A stretch of DNA of 64,000 nucleotides from Mobula hypostoma (Eukaryota), in the NCBI RefSeq assembly GCF_963921235.1, contig NC_086097.1:14570001-14634000 (forward strand). The letters are read 5' to 3'. Shown piece by piece: positions 13,673-25,310 of the stretch (position 1 is its first letter; each line of letters starts with the position of its first letter). The notes beneath the pieces are model-generated. The model saw only the letters and a list, made by a program, of their open reading frames with translations, was not told the DNA's origin and ran no database searches. The translations under genes were made by a program, and so were the position numbers.

Positions 13673-15607
13673 TTCTTTCAGTATTTGATAGGTTTCAATG
13701 AGATCCCTCCCCCTCCCACCCATTCTTCTAAACTCCATTGAGTACTGACCCAGAGCCATCAAACACTCCTCAACTATTAACCTTGGCGTGACAACAGCAA
13801 GGCAACTGGGATTTGGCGATATTGGTTGAGGGCTAAGTATTAGTCCAGGGTACCAGAGAGAGCTCTCCACGATGGCAGCATTAGTGTCTTTAAATGGACA
13901 ATGGACAAGACTGTACCTCAGTCCACTGTCTCGTACTAACGGGGGCCCTTCCCAACTATTGGGTTGGGGCATCAATATAATTGTCAAGCGCTCCGGTATG
14001 GGGACTCTTGCTTCACTCAGAGGGTCGTGACAAGGACACTCAAACAATCAGATCCGCTTCACTCACAGAGGGCTCAGCAAAAGAGATTCAGACACAAGTA
14101 TTTTCCCATCTACTCCACTTCCACAACAGAAGCTAAACATCTGTCGTCTGCTGCTGACAAAAATTTAAACAAAAATAAACAAGTTGGTTAACAGGATATA
14201 GTTTGTTTCCTAAATACGACTGGGATATTTGATTGTTTTACATAGAGGCGTTCTCTCGGCCATCCTGTACTCGAACAGCGCATTGCTCAGGAGCCGGTCC
14301 CTGGCTTCCCTCTACCTCCACTTCACCGGTTCCCCATCTGCTGACTCCTTCATTGTTTCTATGAAGGTTTAAGTTCCCACCCCAAAGTTGGCACCTCAGC
14401 AACACCAAGTTGAACAGCATGGGAAAATGAGCCCAGTCCCTCCTGCCTGTGCTGCCTCTTTATAATTAGCCCCCCCCCCCATTCCCGACGTGTATGAAAA
14501 GAAATTCTCTTCTGAGCACACATCCTTTTGTAGCTTGCTACTGAATCTGCCGAGCCACAGTGGTAATGGATTTTTTTTTAATGCATGGGCAGAATTTGTG
14601 AAAGAGAAGCTGATTCTCAAAATTTACAGCCAGTTAAAGTGGTCAATAAATAGCTAGGATTGCCAATGCTCTCAAACTCTCGGGGCCGTCCCGGGAAGAA
14701 CATAATATTATACATTATACACAGTGAGAAAGCAGCCATTAATTCTCTGGTGTGAATGTCACCGGCTGAAGATCACCAGCAGTACACTTCCACATTCACA
14801 GCACCTGATGCCACAACAATATACCAACAGCACAGCAAGGCTTCCACGCAACATTAAAAACAAAACATCGTAAACAGACACCGGGAATTACTTCAAGGCA
14901 AGAATTTAATCCGGGGAATTCAGATGATTATTCGAAACTACTTGACCTTCAAAAAGCCCGGTGTGCGAGGCGATTTGCACCCCGGGGTTAGATCGGTGTT
15001 TGCGGTAACTCAACCCATGCACCATTTCCCTCCACATAATGGCTTCTTTTAAAATCCGCTTGACTGGCCTGTGGACCAGGGCTGCAGAACCATTCAATCT
15101 TGCCTTCCAGAAACTGCGGCGGCAGCAGAATCAGTAAGGAAGGGGATAAATATTTGACGAAGGAAAATTCAAAAGGGCACAGGGATGTGGGACTGAGTGG
15201 GTAGGTATAGTGGTTCAGAGAGCTTCCTGTGCCCTGGGGTTCTGTAATTCCAAGGCAGAGCTGTTAGTGTACGGGACTAGCAAGGGACAATACTTCCATT
15301 GAATCATAAAAGCATTGAAGACTGGTATTAACACAGTACAGAAGGCCACTCAGCCCCTCCAACCTATCCCTGCCCGCAGATGAGCAACCCAATCAGTTTC
15401 GTTCTTTTGCTCTTTCCCAGTAGCTCTGCAAATTATTCCCTGTCAATTGGTGAGCTATCATATCTGAGTTACCTCACCTTCACCACCCCTGCAGGTAATG
15501 GATTCTAGGTTAAAAAAAAATTCTCTTCTCTACCTTCCCACCAAAATGTTTGATCTGTATATCTGGCTTTTAAGGCTTCCACTAATGAGCAAAATCTCCC
15601 TCTTTCT

Positions 15608-15687
15608 GAGGGGTTCCCAAGCTGGGGTCCACAGACCCCTCAGTTAATGGTAGGAGTCCATGGCATAAAAAAGATTGGGACCCCCTG
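15608..15687 (+). mobile_element. ~80-bp hAT MITE
   Basis: Same family; flanks ctctttct / ctctaact. Confidence 0.75.
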
Positions 15688-16744
15688 CTCTAACTGAACC
15701 AATGTAACAATGATAGGGGCATGAGATTACAATACACGCCCAGTTAATCTCATCATCTGCAGCCCCAGCGAGGTGTGCCTGAAAGGAATTCTGCACGCAG
15801 TATGTTTACCACCGTAATCTTTAGGTTAGCTGACAGTGTTAGACAAAAAGCAAGAGTTCATACACTACAATGTGGGCTTGTCGCTCTACAGTAAAAATGG
15901 TGATTATACACCGAAACAGAAGAGTCAACGATTTCTTTCGGTGACTGACAGATTATTTAATTGCCATAATAATTGGTTAGCAGAGCTTCAATCAATACCC
16001 CTCAGCAGCTCGAGGGAGGGGTACAGAGAAATAGTGGAGGGGGGGTGCGGTTGCCAGATGAAGATAGTCACTTCTCGTTTGCTGTGCTGAATAGAAAGCC
16101 TCCCCCCAACTCCCAGGACTAATTCCCCAACATTGACACCACAGCAGCAAGTTCAATTCTCAATGCTGAAAAGGGTTTCTTGTGAAAAAGGGGGTGGGGG
16201 GAGAGACTACATTTAAAACCAACAGGTCATGAAAAATTGAATTTTCTTCAAAGTACGGATTCTATGGATAATAGAAATTATTTCTCCAAGCTTTATTTAT
16301 ATTTGTTAATTCCATTCAAGCTCAGATAACTATTTTTACCCTGTGGTAAGGAACAATTTGCTGTGCAAAAATACTTTACCAATCAATTCTGCTGATGAAT
16401 TAGTACAAACTGTATAATGCTTTATTTTCATAGGATTTACATTTTGTTGAGACTTATTTTCACTCTATAATGCCGATGGTAAATAGCATTAAATCAGCTG
16501 AAGAATAAAAATTGCCTGTGTTTCAGTATTAGGATTTTAAAAAATAATCAATCTTATTGAAATCTGAGATGATGAGATGTGTTTCGCATTTCTATCAACT
16601 AATTCAGTTCTTGAACTAACCTATACAACCCTAATCACCTCCTCAGTATCACAACACTATGCCTGCTTCACACTATAATGGTCATGTTCTAATTGTGTTC
16701 TTTCTTGTAAAAAATGCCTATAATTTATGTTTAAATTATATTTC

Positions 16745-17410
16745 TCGTGTATGGAGAGGGTTCTAACTGGTTGCATCTCTGTATAAAGGAGCCACTGCAC
16801 GGGATCAGAAGCTGCAGAAACACAGCCTGCTCCATCACGGGCACTAGCCTCCTCAGCATCCAGGGCGTCGTCAAAAGCCAGTGCCTCAAAAAGGCAGCCT
16901 CGGTCATTAAGGATCCACATCACCTAAGACATGCTTTCTTTGCATTGCTACCATCAAGGAGGAAGTATTTGGGCTTGAAGGCAGACGCTCACCATTCCAG
17001 GAACAGCTACTTCCCCTCAGCCATCAGATTTTTGAATGGACCGTTTGTGTGATCTTTTTTTTGCAAGTGGATGGTGGTGGGGGGGGGGGAGGAGGTTGAT
17101 GTTTGAAGTTTGATGTTTTTCTTTGAACAGGTTAGTTCCTTGGTTCTTTGTTTCGTGACTGTTTGAGGGGAAGACGAATTTCAGGATTGTATATTGCATA
17201 TATACTGCGATAACAAGTGTACTTTGACAACGAACTCGCGTACACTATCGCACTATTTTTTTCCTCTCTTTTTGCACTGCTTATTTTATATATATTTCTT
17301 ATTGTAGTTTAGTTTTTATTATTACATACTGCATTGAGGTGTTGCCACAAGACAACAACTTTCACAACATATGCCAGCGATATTAAACCTGGTTCTGATT
17401 CTGATGTTGT
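16745..17410 (+). mobile_element. Rex1/Babar-like LINE 3' fragment(s)
   Basis: CLKKAASVIKDPHH...ALLPSRRKY...RNSYFPSAIRFLN. Confidence 0.75.
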
Positions 17411-17694
17411 GTGCCTGTGATACGGATGCAAGTAAGTTCATCATTGCAACTGTGCGTTTCTGTACTTGTGTATGACAACAGATCCAAATCTGACATTTTT
17501 ACATTTTAGTCATTTCGCCTGATGGGGCTGGAAAACCCAGCTTTAAATTCATAAATTGTGTTGACATAATAAAATTATGTACAACGCTTGCGCTACAAGA
17601 TACAGGTCCAATTCTTCATCGAGTCCCCGAACTCGGATATACAGTACTCCCAGGGCAAGAGCGAGGTTACAGCAAAGATTTGATGTTCGTCCCG

Positions 17695-18080
17695 TCTGAG
17701 AACCTGAATCGGGTTTAGTATTGCTAGCATACGTTTTGCAGCAGCGGTGCAGTGCAATACATAATGATAAAAAAACTATAAATTACAATATGTTTAAGGG
17801 CAAAAAGAGAGCAAAATAAAAAGAAAAATAGAGGTAGTGTATATGCTGTCCATTCAGAAATCTGATGGCGCAGGGGAAGAAGCTGTTCCTAAAACATTGA
17901 GTGTGTGTCTTCAAGCTCCTGTATCTCCTCCTTGATGGTAGCAATAAGAGGGCGTGTCCTGGGTGATGTGGATTCTTAATGATGGATGCAACCTTTTTGG
18001 GGCATCGTCTTTGGAAGTTGTCATCGATAGTGGAGAGGCCAGTGCCTGTGAATGAGCTGGCTGAGTTTAAAGCTGTTTGC
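17695..18080 (-). mobile_element. Rex1/Babar-like LINE 3' fragment
   Basis: KKVASIIKNPHHPGHALLLLPSRRRYRSLKTHTQCFRNSFFPCAIRFLN. Confidence 0.8.
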
Positions 18081-18439
18081 AGACTTCTGAAGAGGGAGAT
18101 GCAAAGGCCCAGATTTTGGAACTTGTTCACGTTGTACATTTTCCTTTTCCTTTGGCCTTCCTCGGTAACCAATCATAAACATGAGAAAGTACTGAAGAAC
18201 AGTCTACAGTCTGTTCATTTCCATCAAAGTTGCCTGACCTGCTGAGTTCCCCTCGCATTTTATGTGTGTAACTCTGGTACCCAAGCCTTCAGTTTCCCAG
18301 TAAAGAATTCCCCTGCTAAATCTTTAAAGTACTTAAACCTCTCCATGACTATCAGCCAGATAGTTTAATATTTATTGTGGCAAAACACAATAGTGGATAA
18401 TGAACAGGAAATAAATAATTATTTTTGAACACTCCAAAT

Positions 18440-19390
18440 AATACCAAGTCAACTCAACAAGCCTTTATGAAAGATAAATCACATTTGACAAATTTTCTTG
18501 AATTCCCTGAGGACGTTGGCTACCCCAGGAGTTGGTTTTGGCTCTTAATTTTTATACTCTTTACATTGATGATCTTGAATAGAGAACAAAATGGAAGGCT
18601 ACCTAGTTTGCAGAAATAGGTGGAGTTTCAGGTTGTGAAGAGAACACTGCGATTTTGCAAAAGGATATGGATAGATAGCATGGCAGGGCAAAACGTGAAA
18701 AGCAGAGTTTAATGTATATTTATTTATGTACTTATTGAGATACAGAATGGAATAGGACCTTCTGGCCCTTCGAGCCACGCAGCCCGGCAACCCATGATTT
18801 CACCCTAGCCTAATCACGGGACAATTTACAATGACTAATTAACCTACCAACTGGTACGTCTTTGGACTGTGGGAGGGACCCGGAGAACCTGAGAAAACTC
18901 ACACGTTGCACCGGGAGAACGTACAGACTCCTTACAGTTGACAAATCCAACACCCCGAGCTGTAACAGCGTCGCGCTAACCACTATGCTAGCCTAATGTG
19001 GGGAGGTTATGCACTTTGGAAAGAGGAATCAAAAGGAGAAAAACTGCATTTGGGTAGCGATCAGATCGATCTAGGTGATAAATCACAAAAATAACAGCAG
19101 GTCAGTCCAACAAGAAGTTATCAAGGCAAACAGCATTCTACTCTTAATTGTAAAGGGGCCTGAGTTTAAGAATAGTGAGGTTATATTACAGTTGTACAGG
19201 GTATTGGTGAGGCTGCACCTGGAACACCGAGGAAAGCTTTGCTTTCCTTACCTAAACAGCGATATAGTAGCATTTGAGACAATCCAAGACAGGCTAATTC
19301 CTGGAATGAGAGGGTTATGATATCGAGAGAGGCTAGATGGTTTGGGTCTATATTCCTTGGACTTTAGGAAAACAAGGGGTGACTGAATGG
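18440..19390 (+). mobile_element. Degenerate CR1 RT fragment interrupted by a V-SINE
   Basis: Q.AFMKDKSHLTNFLEF and EVILQLYRVLVRLHLEH...RLIPGMRGL motifs; a taatgt repeat flanks the SINE insertion. Confidence 0.7.
18715..18990 (-). mobile_element. V-SINE (HE1-like)
   Basis: Full family match in reverse orientation. Confidence 0.85.
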
Positions 19391-20559
19391 TCTATTGGCA
19401 CATTCTATGATCGTATATGATCCAAAAGAATGGCTGAAGAGAAATATTTCTAATGCCTGAGGAGTAAGGGAGTACAGTGAACTGTCTAAATATTAAAACC
19501 AGACTCTTCAGCATCGGAGATAACAGATTTCCAACACGCTTCGCAAATGGCATTCGTTGCCTGGCTGACTGTTAACTTTAAATCAGAAATACATTGGTTT
19601 CCACTAAAGTAAGGCAAGTGGGACCAGAGCAGCCATGAACTCCTGAGCAGGGGCTCCCAGCCTGGGGTCTACGGACACGGACCTCCCCGTTAATGGTAGG
19701 TTAATTATCTAACATCCACGCAATATGCGGCACTACCCTTAACACGCATGCCTGGCAGATGCAACTTTCCAAAATGTGACCACTCCACATCAGGGCACAA
19801 CATCTATCCCATAAATATTTTTATTTAAACACTCCAGCTTCATATTTCACAACAGTATAGAAGGAATCCATCTGAATGGGTCTCAGAGCAATCTCATCCA
19901 TCTTATTCCCTCACTTACTTCCCCGTAAGCCAACTCCTCTCAATATCCGGCGATTCTCTGACACCTCGTAGACACTGTCAAATACTCTCACACTGCGTGT
20001 GTCCCTGCGTTTATTCACCCACTCCGGAGGCTGCATATTCGTACCTGATCCCTACTACACCACGAAGGTGACAGCTTGCACCATCTTCCACCTGCCTTAG
20101 GACAAGGGCAGGAAAGAATTAACAGGTTCTTGAGGATATTATTTCAGCCCTTCTACCCACCACTGGCTGGTTGGACAGAAATCAAAATACATTCGCGGGT
20201 TGGAGATAAAGCAGGAGAAAAAACGGAAAAAGAGAGAGGATTTACAAAGTGTGACAGCAGATTATTCTATCAACAAGAGCTGTAGCCATGGTGTAAATAC
20301 TTAAGGAGTGAAACAGCAATAAAACAGCACGTGTCACCTGCATTTTTTTAAAAATATAAAACCAGTGAGCCAAAAAAAGATTTAACAATCCCAGGAAATG
20401 AGATCCGTGACATGTCACAGAAGAGTTAAAAACTGGGAAATCCAGAGTGCTTTCAGGAGAGATTGGGGACCAGGAGTGACAGGCGGACAGGGAAAGCAGT
20501 GAGGCTCAGCAGATACATGGCAGAAGCATCACCCCCATCTCCCTCCCTCCCCCACGCCG

Positions 20560-20750
20560 ACATTAATTCTCAAAAGTCATGAAAATTACCATGCATGAAT
20601 GCAAAAAGCATGATCAAAAGTAATTAACAGAGCTTCATATGCAAATTTTATTAATGCAGAAGTACAAAGTCATTATGCAAATTAAAGCTACGTCAACTCT
20701 CTTGACAAATATTCAGCACCAGAATCAATTTCGGCAAGAATTTTTTTATG
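20560..20750. promoter_or_regulatory. Candidate intronic enhancer with paired POU octamer sites
   Basis: ATGCAAAT at 20639-20646 and 20675-20682, plus TAAT/TAATTA homeodomain cores, in repeat-free sequence. Confidence 0.4.
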
Positions 20751-21310
20751 TACGGGGAGGAGGTGTATTGGGTTGAAATTTTGGTGGGGTGTGGGGTAGA
20801 AAGATGGAGAAACATCAAGGGGTGAACCACGACAAGTTAGCGGGTGCTTACAATGGGATACGGAGTGGGGGAGCTGAGAACAAAATTAAAGAACGAAACC
20901 TCTGGTTGCTGTTGTAAGTTTTGACAGAAACACAGCAACTCATCAAGAATCGATCAACACCAGGCAGCCAATCAAAACGGCAACACGCGTAATGAAGGCG
21001 ATTGATGAGTGTTTGGCTTTTCTGCAGGGTAATGAACTAGAATCCAGTCAAAATATGAATATTCATGAGGCTGCTCCTGCCTTTGATGATTAAAGAAATT
21101 TTTAATATTCAAATGAGCGCTGCCGAATTATTAACAAAGAGCAAGTGTGCAGAAAATAGAAATAGGAAGAGGTAGATTTGGGAAAGGGAGGGGCTGGAAC
21201 GCACAACTAGATATCCATATTATGGTGTTAAATACAGATTTTAAAAAAATAAATATGAAGTAAAGGAGAAAAGATGACACATATTTAATAAGGATAAGAC
21301 CATATCGACT

Positions 21311-21610
21311 ATTTTTATTTATTTATTTAGTTGTAGGAATACAGCTGGGGAACTGGTCCTTTGGGTCGTACCACCCAGCAACCACCTACTTAACAGTAGC
21401 CTAATCACTAGGCAATTTACAGTGACCAATTAAACTACCAACCGGTACATCTTTGGACTGTGGGAGGAAACTGGAGCACCCAAAGAAAATCCATGCTGTT
21501 ACGGGGAGAACGTACAAACTCCTTACAAACCACGCTGGCGCCAGAATTGAACTCCCAACTCCGGAACACCCCAGACTGTAACAGAATCGCGCCAAGCACT
21601 ACACTATTTT
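21311..21610 (-). mobile_element. V-SINE (HE1-like)
   Basis: Full family match in reverse orientation. Confidence 0.85.
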
Positions 21611-23359
21611 GGCACCCATATTGGGGATAGACCTGATATATACGTATCAAGTCAATCAGGCAAAGACAGCTGCTTTTCAGGGGGATTATCAACTCAGGCA
21701 TTGTTGCCCTTCTCCAAGTTACCCCATGACTCCTTTGGAGAAATGGCGGCAGAAGGTGACACATCAACCCTCCCCACCTCTGGTTTGCGCCCCTTCCCCC
21801 AATGGCTACCTCCAACCTACCATGAGGACATCTGATTATGGAGTGAGCATCCCTAACTAGCCATCCACACATACAGGGGCCATGGTGGGATGCCTCCCAA
21901 AACATATTGCCGCGGAAACTGGTCAACATCAGCCATCCATCAGCCACAAGCCCTTCCAATTGAACATAGGAGAATTATCAGACATAAGCTGACGTGGCTG
22001 CATAAGGAGAAACAAGTACAGTTGGACAGAGAGGCAACTTTCAAAGGAAATCAAAGCAAGAGGCACAGTATTGAGAGGTTTTGAGCAGGTATTCTAGTGC
22101 TTAGGGCCGTAGAAACATGGTCATTAATGGTGGAAGAAATTCGGGGTGAGGTCTTGGAGAGTTATAGAGCTAAGGACATATTTGGGATGGGGAGAGGAGA
22201 TTCTCTCTGGGCACCTGACCCTGATTAGTGCAGCCCGCAGTTCTACTGGCCTTTTTCTCTATTGCCTCGGCCTAGGATGACAGAGAAGGTACAAGAGACT
22301 GCAGATGCTGGAATCTGAGTCCTGTTGTAGGGTTTCAACCCAAAACATCAAACATCAACAATTCCTTTCCTCCTACAGATGCCGCTCAACCCAGTGTGTT
22401 CCTCCAGCAGATTTGTTTCTTGCTGAAAACAAGAGCCTATTTGCTTTCAGAGAATCCACCCATTCATACGGTTTCAGTGCCACACCATGCACAGCACAAA
22501 CCCATGGCCGTCGGGAAAGGTGGGCACAAATTCTTGCTCCCTTTTCAATCTGAGTTCACATTTATTGAAATTCCAATACCCACCCACTCACCAAGTCTCC
22601 AAAAATAAAAAGAGTTGGTGGAAATGCCAACTCTGCTTTCATTTGAATGAAGGGCTTAGAAATATTATTTCTCATCATCATCACACCAATATTTGCTGCA
22701 TCCTATGCCGTGGGTGATCATGATCTTTGACCATGATGGTTCTTGGCAAATTTTTCTACAGAAGTGGTTTGCCATTCCCTTCTTCTGGGCGGTGTCTTTA
22801 CAACCATTATCAGTTCTCTTCAGAGACTGTCTGCCTGGCATCAGTGGTCACATAACCAGGACTTGTGATATGCTCCAGGTGCTCATACTACTATCCACTA
22901 CCTGCTCCCATGGCTTCAAGTTACCGGGATCGGTGGGGGGGGGGGCTAAGCAGGTGCTGCACCTTGCCCAAGGGTGACCTGCAGGCGAGCGGAAGGAAGG
23001 GGCGCCTTACACCTCCTTTGGTAGAGACATATCTCCATCCCGCCACTTCCCAAAAGTAAAGAAAAACAAGGAGGGTAAATTAAATCTGAAAGCATTTATG
23101 GAGACACAAGAGCCTGCAGATGCTGGAATTTGAAGCAACATATAAATAGATAGACAAATTCAGTGGGTCTGATAATATCTATGGATGGGTTGAATCCCTT
23201 CGCCTGGATTGATCAACCAGATAAAGGGTCTCCACCCATATCCCATATCTGTGAATGCCCTTTTCCCTCTGTAGACGCTACCTGACTTGTTGAGTTCCTC
23301 GAGCTTTTTGTGTGTTATTTCTGAAGCATTTGTAACCAGTTCTGGAGATTTTCAGAAAT

Positions 23360-23760
23360 AGGATCAGAATCAGGTTTAACATCACCAGCATATGTTGTGA
23401 AACGTGTTGTTACATGGCAGCAGTACATTGCCATACATAATAATAAAAACTGTGAATTACAGTATATATATATAGATTAAATTAAATAAGTAGTGAGGTA
23501 GTGTTTAAGGGTTCAACATCCATTCAAGAAGCTGTTCCTGAATTGTTGAGTGTGTGCCATCAGGCTCCTGTACCTCCATCCTAATGGTAGCAACAAGAAG
23601 AGGGCATGTTACTGGGTGATGAGGGTCCTAAATGATGGATGCCGCCTTTCTGAGGCATCACTCCTTAAAGATGTCCAGGATGCTTGGGAGGCTGACTGAG
23701 TTTACAACTTTCTGCATCTTATTTCAATCCTGTGCACCAGACGATGATGCAGCCAGAATG
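23360..23760 (-). mobile_element. Rex1/Babar-like LINE 3' fragment (further pieces at 28975-29360, 31320-31610, 39820-40290, 46950-47230, 55900-56372, 59945-60885)
   Basis: atcagaatcaggtttaacatcacc tail and aagctgttcctgaattgttgagtgtgtgcc body. Confidence 0.7.
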
Positions 23761-25092
23761 TAGTTTGTAGTCTGCTTAAGGGCTCAATCTTGTCAAACAT
23801 AACCAGTAAAACCCTGGCAGTGGGAAATAAATACAGAAACGAAGATCCAAATATTCCACATCCATTTGTTCTCCTTTATGGAATATTTCTAAGTTCTCAA
23901 TTAACTGCAAGATGGCAGCATTGTACTTAGAAAGGAGCAGCTCAAATGGGACAGAAAGCCATCTTTATCTGGACTGATTTTGTAATCTCTGTGAATGGCC
24001 ATGCTCTGACAGAACCAACTCACAGACCTGCACAAGCACAAACAATGTGTTCACACAAAACGAATTTCAGTGCTTTAATAGTCCCCTTAAAGTACGGGAA
24101 ATACCGAAGGCTTTCTTTTGGATTTCAGTTCGAGGGAAATCAAACAGCTTTTGATCAGATTACATTTTCCGAAAACAAGATTTCTGAAGGTCCATTTATG
24201 ACCCTTGTGCATTGCAAAGCGCTTTATAGCCAATGAACAAATACATTATCAATATGTTATCAGTTGCTTCTCCGCGAATTGGGCTAATGGAGCTGAATGT
24301 AAACATGTTGTAAACACCAAAAGCCAAGCTCAGAATTAATCCATTTCTGCTCGGTGGACGAGTCCCAGGAGGAAGGGAACTCTGGGATCGGCACTGCAGG
24401 CATAAGCTTCCTCTCCTGGGAGCATGGATCAGAAATTCAGGCAAGGAGACCGCCGGGATTTTTCATCCCGTTAATTTTAACAGATGGAAATTCCTGAGGG
24501 TTACACTGGACTCTTCGCCCAAATTCCTGATCGGCAATCCCACTGGGGGGTAGCAAGATCCTCGAGTAAGAAACTCAAGTGTTTTACTGCTCACAAAGTG
24601 TGAGTAAAATGGTGGTCAGAGGTAGGCCTTTGGAACCTCAGCCTTAACGCTTCTGCAGCCTGGATCACAACAGTGGGTCAGAGATTCTGCTGCAGAGATA
24701 AGGTACTGGCTCTGGCAACCCAAACACGAGCAGCCAGCGTGGGCTGTCCCTCTCCAAATTTAAAGCAGAATCAGTTATGCATTGCTGGATTATGCAGCTC
24801 AGTGCCAGAAACTTAACAGTGAGCAAAGGTTACCCTTCTAATTATCCTCAACAGCTCAGGTTCCTGTTCCATGACTAAATATAGACAAGGAGGTGCCAAA
24901 AAGTGCCTGAAAGTCCTACACACTACTGGCAATGCAGGTAGATGGGAAAAAAAAACAGATTAAGAAACACCCAGACAGAACATAGACCTGTTCTAATAGC
25001 TACCACAGGCGGCATGTTGATAGGGGCTTGGAAGTTGGGCCTTTTCCTGTCTCACGGACGCGGAAGGGCAGTTGGACAGTTGCCCTCCTGCA

Positions 25093-25310
25093 ATGCACAC
25101 AAAAATGCTCGGAGGAATTCAGCCTGTCAGGCAGCATCTGTGGAAAGGAATAAAGCATCAACATTTCGGACTGAGACCCTTCATAAGTCACGTTGGTTTG
25201 AAACCTCAGTTGTTTCTTCCTCTCCATAGATGCTGTCTGGCCTGCTGAGTCCCTCCAGCATTTTGTGTGTGCATAACTCTGGATCTGCAGCATCTGCAGA
25301 GTCTCTTGTG
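25093..25310. mobile_element. Palindromic Penelope-derived short element
   Basis: Inverted arms at about 25093-25145 and 25224-25274 surround degenerate hammerhead remnants. Confidence 0.7.

Larger units (their letters stand above)
11925..13775 (-). mobile_element. Older CR1 3' fragment split by two later insertions (pieces at 11925-12208, 12961-12970 and 13675-13775)
   Basis: The pieces are collinear with the uninterrupted sister copy at 44035-44400. Confidence 0.7.
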
